A DNA stretch of 64,000 nt from the human T2T-CHM13v2.0 reference genome, Homo sapiens. Below, piece after piece: positions 28,182-42,075 of the stretch (its first letter is position 1; each line of letters begins with the position of its first letter). Both the position numbers and the translations under genes were made by a program. The notes below the pieces were generated by a model, which saw only the letters and a list, made by a program, of their open reading frames with translations, ran no database searches and was not told where the DNA came from. Location of the stretch: the NCBI RefSeq assembly GCF_009914755.1, contig NC_060927.1; one strand, 5' to 3'.

Positions 28182-28679
28182 TGTGTTAGTTACTTATTGA
28201 TGTGGTAACAGAATACCACAAATTTCAGGCTTTTAAAGAATGCACATTGATTGTCTTAAAGCCCCAAAAATAGAAGTTCTAAATCAGTTTTACCATCTAC
28301 AGTCAAAGTAATGGCAGGCTGGTTTCTCTTGGAAGCTCTGGTAGGAAAATCCATTTCCTTGCCTTTCTTTTAGCTTTTTGTGGCTGCCTGTTTACTTTGG
28401 CTTGTGGCCTCTTCCTCCATCGCCAAAACACAACATTCCATTTGCTACTTTCATCATCATATCACCTTCTCTTTTATGGTAATAAAGCCCTCTGCTTCCC
28501 TCTTATAAGGATACTTCTGTTTACATTTAAGACCCACTTGATGATCTAGATAATCTCCCCATCTTGAAATGTGTGATTCAATCACTTCTGAGAAGTTCTG
28601 TCTTCCATAAAAGGTATAATTCATAGATTCCAGAAATTACAATGCAAATATCTTTAGAACCATTATTTAGCCTACCACA
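28182..28679 (-). mobile_element. MLT1C/D MaLR solo LTR
   Basis: TGTGTTAGTT...GGAAAATCCATTTCCTTGCCTTT...CCCTCTTATAAGGA...GATAATCTCCCCATCT...CCATTATTTAGCCTACCACA. Confidence 0.88.
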
Positions 28680-28829
28680 ATTACTTGTATAAAATATTTT
28701 TCTTTAATCAAGAAGAAACATTGACTACTATAAAATAGAAAGAGATGTCCTTCTCTAATGAGTTGATAGTACTCTTTGTCTCTTAAATATTTTAAATATA
28801 AAATAATGTATTCCTCAAATAATTTTGAC

Positions 28830-29560
28830 TTAGTGATGATTTGCTAATATTTTATTCATTTAAATTATATTCTTACAAAACTTTTACACTTGTATTTTTA
28901 TTTGAAACTTACCTACAATTTTTCTTAAAATGTCCTTATCTAGTTTTTATATCAAAGCAAGAATTAGTTGGGTATATTTCCTTTTGTTTTCTAATGTCTA
29001 AGTTTGAATAAGACAAATATCTTTTTCTAAAAGACTTTCAGATACTTCCTTGTAAAATGGCTGGATTTAGATATTTTTGAAATATTTATTGTAGAAGATG
29101 GGTAAGAAAGGATGAAGAATTGTAACTAATGACTTGAGTTTCTTAATGGCACAGGGCTGCTGAGATTTTCCTATAGCTTTTTAAGTAAGTTGTGAATAAT
29201 TATATTTTGTCCAAAAAATCATTGACTTATGCTATTTCCAACATGATTTGTACTTGCTTTTTACAAGCCCTATTTTATTTACATTTATAAAACATTTGGT
29301 TTTAGGCCAATATTATTTCTGGACCATTCCCACAATGGCTTTCTATGTATTCTTTATTTGCATTTTACAGGCATTGATGTGTAGAGATTTCATGGTTGAG
29401 TTCTGAATATTTTTAACGTACATTTTAAGGTAAGTTCCCATAGAATGATTTAACATTATCACTATTATTGTTATTGATTTCTTAATTTTTCTGGAGTCAG
29501 ATAATTAGGTCTGTTTGATTACTCTTTGCCATTTATGGAGACGTGGGTTTTGGTGGTCAA
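28830..29560 (-). mobile_element. Ancient L1 ORF2 fragments
   Basis: TTTGCTAATATTTT...GTCCTTATCTAGTTTTTATATCAAAG...GAATTAGTTGGG; GATAATTAGGTCTGTTTGAT. Confidence 0.45.
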
Positions 29561-30704
29561 TTTTTATTTCTTTTTAACTGGCATACTTGATTTAGCAAAG
29601 AATAAACTAAAAATCTCTAAAATTAACTAAAAAATTTAAGGATACTATAATGATGTTAAAGTAAATTTTCTTCTATCTTACATGTTACTTTTTACCAGTG
29701 TTTTAATTCCATCTTCGTTTCGTAATTGAAATATTTTTTGTTATAATATTCCTGCTGTATTCAGTCAGTTTTGGATTCATTTTTAACTAAATGTTTGACA
29801 ATTTATATAATTAATTTTTTTCTCCTGTCTCATTCTGTTATTCAGATAGAGGCCATCACAAGATTTGGTGCATCAGCAGATTTCCAACTGATATGGAATT
29901 ATTTCAGTATTCTAACAGCTAATACAATTTTTCTGGTATACCTGTTGAATAGCAGGCCTGGGTCCAGAAACAGTAACTATTATGCAGTCACCATTTGAAA
30001 TTCCATTTCAACCTCAGTTTTTAGTGGGTTTCTCAAAGTATAGACATCTAGATTTATATATCTTTTCACTTAGTAAGTTGAAGATTTTTTTGGTCATCTT
30101 TTAATGCTGTGATTGAGGTTCAAGTTTGAATCTAAGTGTGATTTTTTTTTCAAATAAGTGGTTTTTTTCTCCAGTGGCTTCAATAGCATTTTGTATGTTT
30201 TATTATTATGTAGTTTCACTGTGGTGTGACAAAGAATACATGATGTAATAAGAAATGTGTGTGCTATTGTGTTATCTTCGCATTTGGCCTCTTTTTCATA
30301 CTTTCCTTAAGAAATTAAGTGTTTTGTTAGATTATCTCATTTTAGTCCTAATGTCTTTATGTCTTTTCACTATTCTGTGATATTTTCTGTCTCTCTCTGT
30401 TGCATTCTAGCTAATTAGTGCAGTGACTCAGTTATCCAATTATCTTTGGACTATTTATAATTTACATATTACAAACATAAATCTAATTTTGTTTTTTTTT
30501 AATTTCACTGTCTATATATTTTTATTTGTAATTGTTCTATTTGTGTCTTTCTCAAATCTTCCTGGTAGTTTTTCTTCCTCTTAAGCATTCAAGTATGTTT
30601 TTTATGACTGTAATAATATTAAATATACTTATTTTATGTTCGATTTCAGATTACTATAATATTACATAGGGTATATTACCATATTACTGATGTTATTCAT
30701 ATTT

Positions 30705-31003
30705 AAAAGCACCAGGCTAGCAGGCTGGAGCACAGGCCAAGGAGGAAGAGTAGCAGTTCAAGTCCAAAGCAGTCTCTAGGGAGAATTCCCTCTTCTTTGA
30801 GGCAGATTGGGCTTTTTCTTAAGGCCTTCAGCTAATTAGGTGAGACCTATCGACATTATGGAGGGCAACTGACTTTACTCAAAGTCTACTATTTTACATA
30901 TTAATTCCATTAAAAAAATACCTTTACAGACACATTGTGAAGTTTGACCAAATATCTTGATTTCATGACTTAGCAAAGATGAATCATAAAATTAACCATC
31001 ACA
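30705..31003 (-). mobile_element. MLT2 (ERVL) LTR fragment
   Basis: GCAGGCTGGAG...GCAGTTCAAGTCCAAAG...GAATTCCCTCTT...AAGGCCTTCAGCTAATTAGGTGAGACC...CATTATGGAGGG...TAAAATTAACCATCACA. Confidence 0.85.
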
Positions 31004-34000
31004 CCTGCTGGAACAAAATTTTACATTGATTTCTTAACTTGAGGATTTCCAGACCTTGAAAGTTATTGTAAAGTTTCATGCCCTGTCTGTGGGTGTCACT
31101 GGCACAGCTACACGTCAAATTCTCAACAAAAAGATACAAGGTTCTTTGGTATTTCCCTCCCCCTGTGGGTATTGTTATTGTTGTTTTTGCTTTTTCTCAT
31201 CAAGCCATCTACGTACTTGTAAGCTCTTCAAGGGTTGGTCACATTTCTACTTCTCATCCTTTACAGATTTATGGCCCTTTCATCTACCTGTATAAAGTCA
31301 AAACTAATCCTTTAGCTTCCCTAGGGCAATATATGCTTCCCTGGGTAATGAGAGTATTTGCTTACATTCTTACCATTCTACTTTTGTGTTTCCTTTCTCT
31401 TTCTTATTTCCTCCTCCTCCTCCTCCTCCTCTTACTCTTCTTTATGAATTAAATTATGATTCTAAAATAATTTTATCTCCAATTTCCAGATGCATTTAGT
31501 GGGCAAAAGTTTTGCCAAATGATTTATATTTAAAAGACAGAGAAGCATTTTTAAACATCTTATTCATGTTTAAAATATACTTAAATATATTTTAATAGAT
31601 TTCTTTCACTTCTTGTTGTCTTTATCTCACTGCTATCAATATTGTGCTCATTTTTTATAGTTTAAAATTTTGATCACTGATTTTAAGAGCATTTGACATA
31701 TTAAGGACATTAGATGCTTTTTGCTCATTTTATTTTCTGTATATTTAATTTAATTTATTTTTTGTCCTTTAAAATTGTATATATTTTGTTAAAGGATTTT
31801 TTACAAGTTGTGTGGTCACATTTATCAAATACATTCTTTTCTATGTAGCTTTTGGGTTCTCATCATGGGTATAAAGGATTTCCTCAACTCTAAAATATAC
31901 ATATATAATAACCAAAGTAAAATAATTTTAGTTACTTTATGGTTTTGTATTTAGATTTAAATCTTTAAACACAAGGGATTTATTTTGGTTTAAGGCATTT
32001 GGTATCCATGTTTATTTTCTCACAAATAATTAGGTAGTCATCTTCAAACTCATTTTAAGTAATCTATCTTTTTCCCTCTCCAAACACTAATTTTACAGAT
32101 GAAGGAGCTCAGCCAGAGTATGACTTACCTACTGTTATAGGTAATTAATAATTAAAATGGGATTTAAACTGAGCTCTGTATACAAAATTCAGGTCTCTAA
32201 CAACTATTCTTTATTTTCTGTTAGTATAGTAAAAATTATATTATCACTTATAAGATTTCTGATATTACTATACAATATTTTCGGTAAAGGATTCAAGTTT
32301 GTTAAAACATACAAGTACCAGTACTAGTACAGAATCCTTAAGTGTGTATTTGTGTGTGTTTGAAAATTAATTCTCTCAATGAAGGATATCATAAAAATTA
32401 ATAAGAACAAGACCTTTATTAAGCAGCAGCAAAGTAATGGCCACAATAACAAGTGAGTGTAGATTGTAATAAAGCAAGTGACATTAAAAAGATGTTGGAT
32501 ATATGTAGGGAAAATTTAATTGGTGTATGTTCATAACATGACGTTTATATCCTCTTAAGAATGTGAGTTTACAGTAATGGGATGTAAAAATTCAACTTGT
32601 TGAATTATTTGTGGTATACTTGTTGTCTGTTGTAATATAATTAATATACATACTCAATTACAAAAATGCATCCTGATGTAAACATAGAGGAAGGTGTTGT
32701 CTTAAATGTTTCTTTCCATTAATTGGTTATAATATCCCTGAAAATGAATAAAGAAAATATTTATAAATATAAATATGAATAACAGAATTTGTGCTCAATA
32801 AATGATTATTGCATTAAGGCAAATGAAATCTGTGCATATGGATATGTTCATTATGCTGCCATGTCTTTTTTAAATAAATTAATTAGCACGTTTTTGGGGG
32901 TAATGTGTAAGGAAATATAAGACATTGCTTCTGTTCTTAAATAATTTAATATTTGTCTAGGAACTTAACATATTAACACACAGAGATTAATAATGCACAT
33001 ATATGTTATGACTCAAATTTATAGGAAAGAAAGCTATGGGCATTGAAAGAAGAAAGGGTTGTGTGATCAAAAAATAATGGGTGAAAATGAGATCTGTATG
33101 ATTATTTTGCCTTTTTAAATAACTTAATATTCCAGTTGATGCATGACTAAGTGAAATAAATATGATGTTTTAAAATTAAACGAAGTAAAGGAGACATATA
33201 CATCTGAAATAGAAGAGCCAGGAGTTTATGGGCCTCCATTCAAGCACATATAGGTGCTAATAGTAAAAGATTAAATTTAATCTCAGTAGAAAAAGATGAA
33301 AATCAAAATGAGGCAACGTTCAGACAGAATAGAAATGGTAAAGCCAGAAGCATCCTCAAGGCAGTTAAATAGCAAAGTGCCTGTTACCTAACAATGAAGA
33401 TATAGGACCCAGTGCAATGCCCACTTTATGTAACAAGAAGCCTCAGTTTTTGTTTTTTGAGAAGAGGGTAAATTACCTTTTATACTTTAATCTTAAAAAG
33501 CATAAATTTATATGTATACTCTTAATGAATATAGTGTTTAAAAGATTGTAAATAACAAGTACAAATATTTTGTAGAGAGTTATCTTGACCAGTTTACTGT
33601 TATACTACAATATTCAAACCAAAAGGATTTAATACACTGAAATTTAAACGCAAAGACCATTTTTAACATGTCAATAGGATGTATGAACATTTAATACATT
33701 TAGTGACATTCATTAACATACTTTATTTTAACAGAATTATGCTATACTATGATAAAATAGTAGCAAGTATCTATAGCTAAAATAATTTCTTAAAATTGAC
33801 AACATCAAATTGCATCCATTAAAAAAATTAATGATTAATTCACGTTTTTATATTGGTCTTCGGGTTGAGGTTCATGTTTCTAATGCCTTTGAATCTTGAT
33901 ATTTACAGTTTTTTCAGTAGCACATTAAGAAAGACTTTTGCTTCTTCAAAATAAAGACTTGATTCTTATTTTGAATTTTGAATTTATGCTTTTTCTTATT

Positions 34001-34439
34001 CATAGGTATTTAATAGGACTGCCTGATAATATTAGTGCCAACCGCCAGGATTATCATGCAACAATATAAAAATATCACATTGTTTTCTAGTCTTGTAAAT
34101 GTCATATCAGCAGTCAAAGTGTCCATATATTTCACTGAAACACCTTGTTTCTTTCTACACCACTGCTTCCTAATAACAGGAGATGTGACTATCTGAGACT
34201 TTTCAGGGCCATTTAGCACAAAGTATGGCTATGAATTTCAAACTTAGTTTTAGTCTGATTTGTAAAAATATAGTAAAAGTACTATATTTAAACATTAGGT
34301 ATTGCATCTTCTACCATTTATTGATTTTTTTCTACATTATTATCATGCTATATATATACATATATATGTATATATACACACATTTATATTTTTACACTTA
34401 TATTTTTTTCTCCTGTATCTCAGTTGTCTGAAGAGCACA

Positions 34440-34744
<305 letters not shown>

Positions 34745-34747
34745 TCA

Positions 34748-35006
34748 GTGAAGTTTTCTCTGGCCAATGACATCCTCCCTGACCATCTTCTGTAATAATA
34801 TAACCACACTGTTAATCCCTTCCCTTACTAACCTGTATCATCAGACGACATTATACATTTTCCTTCGTAACTCCTATTTCCTCTGAGTGGATAGTAAGCT
34901 CCATGAAAGCAAACATATTTTCATCTTGTTTTTTAATGTTTATCTCTAATTCCAATGTATGGCAACTTGTAGCCACTAATAATTACTTTTTCAGTGAATA
35001 AATGGA
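34748..35006 (+). mobile_element. L2 3' end
   Basis: GTAAGCTCCATGAAAGCA...GTGAATAAATGG. Confidence 0.65.
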
Positions 35007-35068
35007 AAAGAAGATGGAGCTAGAAAACTTATGAAAGAGCAGGTACTGCTAAGAAGATGCAATTTTAA

Positions 35069-38000
35069 AATTTTACCTACTGTAAAATTTACCGATTTTG
35101 TGTAGTTTTATAAATTCTGATAAGTACATAGTGTTATGTAATCACAACCATAATAAAAATACAGAACAGCACCATCAACCCAAGACTTTTTCTTGTGTGG
35201 TTTCATTGTAGTTGATCAGTCTCCCTACTCCTAACTCCTAGCAACCATAGAACTGTGCATTCTTATAGTTCTACCTTTTTCTAGAATGGCATAAAAATGG
35301 ACTTACATGGTTTGTAGTCAAGTTAGTCTAGCATAATTTTACTTATAATGTATTTGTGGTTTATACATGTTGTATGTAATAATAATTTATTCTTTTTATT
35401 GTTGACTAGTGTTTTATCACATGAATATGCCATGAAGTGTTTATTTTTTCACCAGTTGAAGAAAGACTGAGTTGTACCCAATTTTGGGCAATTAAGAATA
35501 AAGCCATTGTAAACATTCACTTGGAGCTTATCATTTCTCTAGGGCTTACATACACAGTCAAAATTACTGAGTCATATAGTCAGTACATGTTTAACTTTAT
35601 AAGAAACTACTGAACTCCTTCCTAAAGAGGCTGTGCTATTTGGCATTCCCACTAAGAATATATGAAAGTTTGAGTTGCTCTGCATCTTCACCCATATTTG
35701 TGTTGTCAGTTTTGCTATTGCTATTTGTGTTACTTAATTTTTTGATATTTACTTGTTTGTTTTGATAGAAATAAATATGAATTTGATAAATTTCTAATTT
35801 ATCAATTTTGGGGTAATGAGTCATGCTTTTGTGTGACATCTAAGACTATTTTGCTTACAACATGGTCATAAATATTTTCTCCTATGTTTACCCTTAAAAG
35901 TGTAAATTTAGGTCTATGATATATTTTAAGTTAATTTTTGCATAAAGCATGAGGTACAGGTAGAGGTTCAATTTATTGTACATGGAGGTCCAATTTTTCC
36001 AAGCACATTTGTTGAAAAGACTGTCCTTTTACCATTAAGTTACCATTTCACCTTTCTGAAACAAGAATTGTTCTTAACCCGTTGAGTTTATTTATGAACT
36101 CTCCGTTCTGTTCCATTTATGTATATGCCTATTCTTTTGATAAAACCACACAGTCCTGGTTACTGTAGGTAATAGTAAATCTCGAAATCAGACAGTGTGA
36201 ATCCTTTCGCTGTTTTTCTGATATATATTTTGGAATCTTTTTGATATCAATAGAAAAAGTATACTGGGAATAGGACTTGGATTACATTGATATATAGGGA
36301 AATTGGGGGTGTTAAAATATAATATTCCTGAGACTTCCAATCATAAACTTAGTGTATCTCTTCATTTATTTGTTTTCTTTGATTTTATTCATCAGTGTTT
36401 TATGGCTTTTAGCATTTCAATCCAGGCCATATCGTGTAAAGTTTGCATCTAAGTACTTTTTTTGTGTGCTCTTGTAAACGATACTGTTTTTAAATTTTGA
36501 TTTCCAAATGTTCAATGTTATTATTCAGAAACACAATAGATTTTTTAGAACCGACCTTGTATACTGCCATGTTGCTAAACTCACCTATCAGTTATAGGAG
36601 ACTTTCGTGTTGATTCCATTTGAAAATTACCGTATAGATGTTTATGTTGCAAAGAGAGACAGTTTTATTCCCTCTTGCCCATCTGCCATTGCGTTAATTT
36701 CCTTTTATTTCTTTGCTGCACAGTCTAGGACTTCCAGCATGATATTGAATAAGAGTTGGAGAGGCCAATTTGTTATATTTCAATCTTTTATTTTCTATGT
36801 TTAAGATTGCATAATTTCTACTAATCTATCTTCAGGTATACTAATTCTTTCTTCTGTCATCTCTATTCTGCTACTGAGGCCATCTAGTATTTTTAAAATG
36901 TCAGATATCATGTATTTACTTTCTAAATTTTCATTTAAATGTTTTCCATTATTCTGATTTACCTTCTATAAAACTACTTTTCATTTCTTTTAAGAGTATT
37001 CATCTTTACCTCATGGAGTATGTATTAAAGGCTTCTACAGAGTCTTTGTGTGATAAACCCATCATCAAGGCAACCTTGAAGTTAATATCTAATTGATTTT
37101 TTCCTAATTCTTTATCAGCTTCTTCTTTATGGTATGTTATTATTTTGGATTGTACTCAGGAGATTTTGTACATCATGAAATTCTGGACCCTGATCAAATC
37201 CTATGGAGAATGTTTGTTGTAACATTGTTATTGTTGTTTTAGAAGGTAATTGACATGCATGGGTTAAGACTGAAACTTCTATCTCACCTTCTGTGGGCAC
37301 TAGCTACAACGTCAGCACACCTTCAGACTTTGCTCTGCCATTTGTGTATTGCCTGTTCTTGAGCCACTCTGAAGTTCATCTGGGAACAATCTGGTTGGTA
37401 GTTTACAGTACAGTTCAATTCTCAAATATTTTGCTCTGCCTTATTTGCTCTGCTCCATGTGTGCTGACCCTGAGAGTGAGCCTAGGTTCACGTGTTTGTT
37501 TATACACAGGATTTGGGATCTGCTTCTCTAGTGCTGTCTTTGTCTATATTTTCTCCACAATTTCCAGTTCTGAGGTGCCTAATTTCCCAGATCCTGTAGG
37601 TGGAAAAATAGCTTCTCAGAATTTTAGCCCCTCTGCTGTCAAACAATTCCACAATACTAAGTCTATCTTTGGGGCAAGATGTCAAATAAAAAGAGAGAGA
37701 AAAAAATAGTAGGAATTTCTGGCATACACTTTAGACTTTTGTCTTTCCAGTGTCTATGGCTAATGATAAAGGTTGTTTCTCTTTACGGTTTTAGGAGCCC
37801 ATGACACTGCCAGCACGATAGCAGCACAGCTTTGAGATTGGGTCTGGCCTCAGAGCAGGGAGACAGGAAAAATCTAAAACAAAAAACAAAAAAGGATTTC
37901 TCTCACATCCCTGGGATCTAAAAATTCCTCTTTTCTACCCTTCTGGCCAGACAGAGGGGTTTTTCCCAAGAGATTTTGCTGTCTTTTCACTGTGCAATTC

Positions 38001-38229
38001 TGCAATTCATCTAGTAAAAGCCGAGTAATAAAGAAAGAAAACAACAAGAGCAAGCTGACTACCCTTCCAGTCATTCCTTAGGTTTTGATTTTTCAATCTG
38101 TCTGCTATTGTTTACTTCTCAGAGTCCTTGTGGAGTTACTTTTTCTACTCTATCCAGACTTTTTGTTGCAATCAGTAGAGGGAAATGGATTATAGTGGGT
38201 TTGCTGCATTTTAGCCTGCACCAGAAGTC
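35069..38229 (-). mobile_element. Ancient L1 (L1MC/MD-type) with 3' UTR, late ORF2, early ORF1 and 5' UTR; internal deletion near 36762
   Basis: 3' UTR motifs at 35070-35700; ORF2 TCTAGGACTTCCAGCATGATATTGAATAAGAG; ORF1 ATAATTTCTACTAATCTATCTTCAGG; 5' terminus ...CCAGAAGTC; flanks AGAAGATGCAATTTTAA / AGAAAATGCAGACTTAA. Confidence 0.75.
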
Positions 38230-41200
38230 AGAAAATGCAGACTTAACTCCACACTGGCAATCTCAAATACTTTTGGGGACTTTACGATGCACATATTAAT
38301 GTTATTAATGATTCATATATTTAACTTTATGATTCACATATTAATATTATTAATAGGCCATGAATACTGCTCTTATAAAGCTCCTACTCTAATATAGAAG
38401 GTGAATTTGCAAATCAATACACAATTACAAGACAGTGTGATTAGTGCTATGGCAAAGTTAAGTGTAAATCTCAGAAGCAGCACAGAATGGCAACATTTCT
38501 CTCTCCCTGAAGAGGGAAAGTTAGAAAAAATTTTACTAAGACCTTGCCCTTAAACAATGAGAATGAAAACAGATATGAAACAGGAAGTTCCAGAAGGCAC
38601 AACAGCATGAAAGAGAAAATAAAGGACCAACATTATTTCTATTCTTATGGCAAGAGGTGAGCAGATTGTATTATCAAAATGGATTGTTACTACATTATCT
38701 GTGTTAGGTCCAGAACGGCATTATCTTATGATAAATTTAATAGGCTTTTAAAGCTAAAAATGGCATCATAATCACTCATCTGAACTCTTTAATTAAAAAT
38801 TGGTTTAAAATCTAAACTTTATATACTTGTCTGACCATCATGGAAATTTCAAATGTAGAAGTCAGATGTCCTGTCTCCCAGCCCAGAACTTCCTCTGCTA
38901 CATGGTTTTATTTTTTGGCCATTTTTAACTGCCAAACAGAAAGTCAAAAATGAACAACCTAAGGATTATTATCATATTAATTGATATATTTATTTGTACT
39001 TTGACATGAAATATGGTCGGGTTCAATTTTCATTTGAAGGGTCTGACAGGATTTGCCAGCTATTGCCTTGAATATGAAACCAAATGCTTATCCTTCAATC
39101 CCAGGCAGTGAAAACTGTGACTAAAGGATTTAACTAGCTATTTCCAATGGAATTAATAGATACCTCATCAGAATAAATATGCTTAGCTTTTAATATAAAG
39201 GCTCCATTTTTATAATCCTCTATAGTTTTGAAAATTCTAACTTAGCTTTCTTCTCTTTCTTGTTAGGCAGCTGGCTGTATATTTACCCCCTTAAAAATCC
39301 TTGGCCATTTCCCTGAAGGGGATAGAGTCAGTGGACTGAATAGGATTAGCATCAAAAGTCACCACTGCTTTCCCAAGCAGAGTTTAAAAATAGGATCATT
39401 GAATAATAAGGGATTTAAGTCTCAACCGAGCAGGTGTAGAAGGAAATTATTTGGATTTAGACCAATAGAGATTAGGGTGTTATTAGAGACTACTATGTCC
39501 TTTATATCAGATTGAGGGACTTGAAAGAGAAGACTTGCAGGGAAAAAAAAAGTCAGGTCACAAAATATTCTACTTGCTTCCCTAAATCAATCAAAGAAAG
39601 ATTGCTCTTTCCCTATACATTTCTGAGTCTGAGAGTACTGACTGAAATGAACACAAAGAGGTGAAGGTCTAGCAGTGTAACAGTGTATGGTTTAATGAAA
39701 ATTACCTTTGGGAAATAGTCAGTATAGGAATCAAGGAACCAAGACAGATAACCAATACTAATAACTTCTATACAGATCTTTTATCTTAAAGAATCCCAAA
39801 ACAATTTCCAAGAAAGAAAATGCTTCATACTCAGCTGAAGTCCATCCACCCCAGAGTATGGTATTTATATTTAATATAGAATTCTTGCCAAAAACAAACA
39901 ACAGAGAAAATTTTTTCTTCAATATAAGGCTAGTTTACATTGCTTAATCAAAGCTGGGATAAAAGAAATTGTTCCTCTTTGGTATTGCTGAAATATTTTG
40001 GAGGAGGAAAGTGTCTATATAAAATCACTTTAAATTTTTTTCCCAATCAAATTGAAGTAGATGTCAATATATTTTATTAATATAGTTTATTAAGAAGGCA
40101 ATTAGTGATGAGGCCAAATCAGGTGACATACACCATTTAAGTCTCAGCAAGTGTTTGCAGGAAAAAACTTATTTTAAATTTGCAAAACACTTTACTTATG
40201 TAAGTTTATAACTTTGAAATAATGCTGGACATGTATTTTGTAGAATCGATTTGTTTTCTTTACGAAGATAGTAATGGTTCTTTGAAGAGAACCTATTAAA
40301 ATCTATTTGAACAAGGTAGGACATGAATAATTCTTGTACATCTTCAAAACATATAAGTGAAACTGATATTAGAACATTTTTTTCTACCTAAAATGTCATT
40401 TATTTGCAAATCTGTAGAAAGTTTCAGAGCCGCAAGAATATAAACCTTTAACATATAGTTAAAAATTCCAATGTGGCTGGGTGTCTGTCAGGTTTTCGTT
40501 GCTGTAGTTATCTGTCTTTATTTTAGTGAATTTCAGATTTAATTTTTAGTTGAGAATTGAAATAGAGAATATGATCTAGAATGCTATGCACATCAACTTT
40601 TATGTAAAGTAAAGAACAAATGATAGACCTTTTCCTTCCATAGGAGTATTTAGTTTGTGTTTATTGCATCACAAATAGGTTGAGTTTCTACCATAGACTG
40701 AAAGCATTAACAAATATAATTGATAAGAATTTACTAAAATATAGTGAGGTAACTAATATTTTTCTGAAATTAACCTGGAGTCTAGGTATTGCGAGATCTA
40801 TTAGCATAATCACGTCCATCACAATGAATGTCTGACTTAAAAAAAAAAAACACACTAGATTGATTGGTCATGTACCCAGACATGGGTAATTGGGTACTGT
40901 ATATGTACACATGTGTATGTGTACATGTGGGTGTGATTATATATGTAAGTGTGTTTAACTGTGTGTGTATATACATACAAATATATATATGTTCTATTAA
41001 TCAGAGATAACTTAGTTATGTAGTTAGATCCAGAGTCCATGAGAATCTTTAACAGCTATCTTAAAACATGATGTTGTCACAGACTGACCAGCTTTCTGCT
41101 TTCATTGTTTACAAGTTTTAATATTACTTACTATGTTAATAATTCAGTAAGTAGTTCTAAATACGAATCACTACTCCACACTGTCGATCTTTCAGAGAAG

Positions 41201-41369
41201 ACGATTTCACTCTGAGAAAAAAAAAAATTTTCATCATGATCTGTTATGTGTCCTAAAATTAAAGAGAATGTTTTAACATGACATAAAAATCCAACACTAC
41301 TTTGAAAATATTTGTTCATCTTTAACCTATTATTTAATTGGATAACAGCTTAGTATAACAGAAAGAAAA

Positions 41370-41560
41370 CTGTGCTTAGAAAAGGACCTCAAACATAATA
41401 AAATCCCAGTAAACATTATTATTCCTATTCATCTTAAGGTTTTTTTTTTTTTTTATTTTTCATCATCAAATTAGGGATAATAATAGTTCCTTGGATGTCT
41501 TTTGGAACAAATGTGTTAATACACATGTTATACTTCTCTTGTGTCTTGAACTACATCAAC
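41370..41560 (+). mobile_element. MIR fragment
   Basis: TTTTCATCATCAAATTAGGGATAATAATAGTTCCT. Confidence 0.5.
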
Positions 41561-41588
41561 AATAGGTAGTAAAATAGTTATAGAGTTT

Positions 41589-42075
41589 TGAGGTAAGAGG
41601 CTGGACTCAACTTTGGAAGCAGGGCTTGGACATTAGACCAAATTGAGGACCAGCTAAAACAGGGCCTGGGCAGAAGCAGTTTTCCATGAGACACACCCAT
41701 CAGCTTGCCATGTCAGTTTATCATTGCCATGGCAACACCTGGAAGATACTGCTCCTTTCCATGGCAACAACCCAGAGACCCAAAAGTTACCACCGTTTTC
41801 CTAGAAATTTCTGCATAATCAGCCCTTAATTTGCATGTAATTACAAGTGAGTATACATGTGACTGCAGAACTGCCTTTGAGCCGCTACTCTGGGCACACT
41901 GCCTAAGGGGTAGCCCTGCTCTGCAAGGAGAAGTACCTCTGTTGCTGCTGTACACTGGCGTTCCAATAAACATTGCTGTTTAACACTATCAGCTTGCCCT
42001 TGAATTCTTTCCTGGGCAAAGCCAAGAACCCTCCCAGGCTAAGCCCCAGCTTGGGGGCTCTCATGCCCTGCATCA
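41589..42075 (+). mobile_element. MER66-type ERV1 solo LTR
   Basis: TGAGGTAAGAGGCTGGACTC...GACCAAATTGAGGACCAGCTAAAACAGGG...CCCTGCATCA; 4-bp TSD GTTT. Confidence 0.88.

Noticed and set aside
37293-37709. 138-aa ORF
   Set aside because: Antisense reading of an ancient L1 5' UTR.
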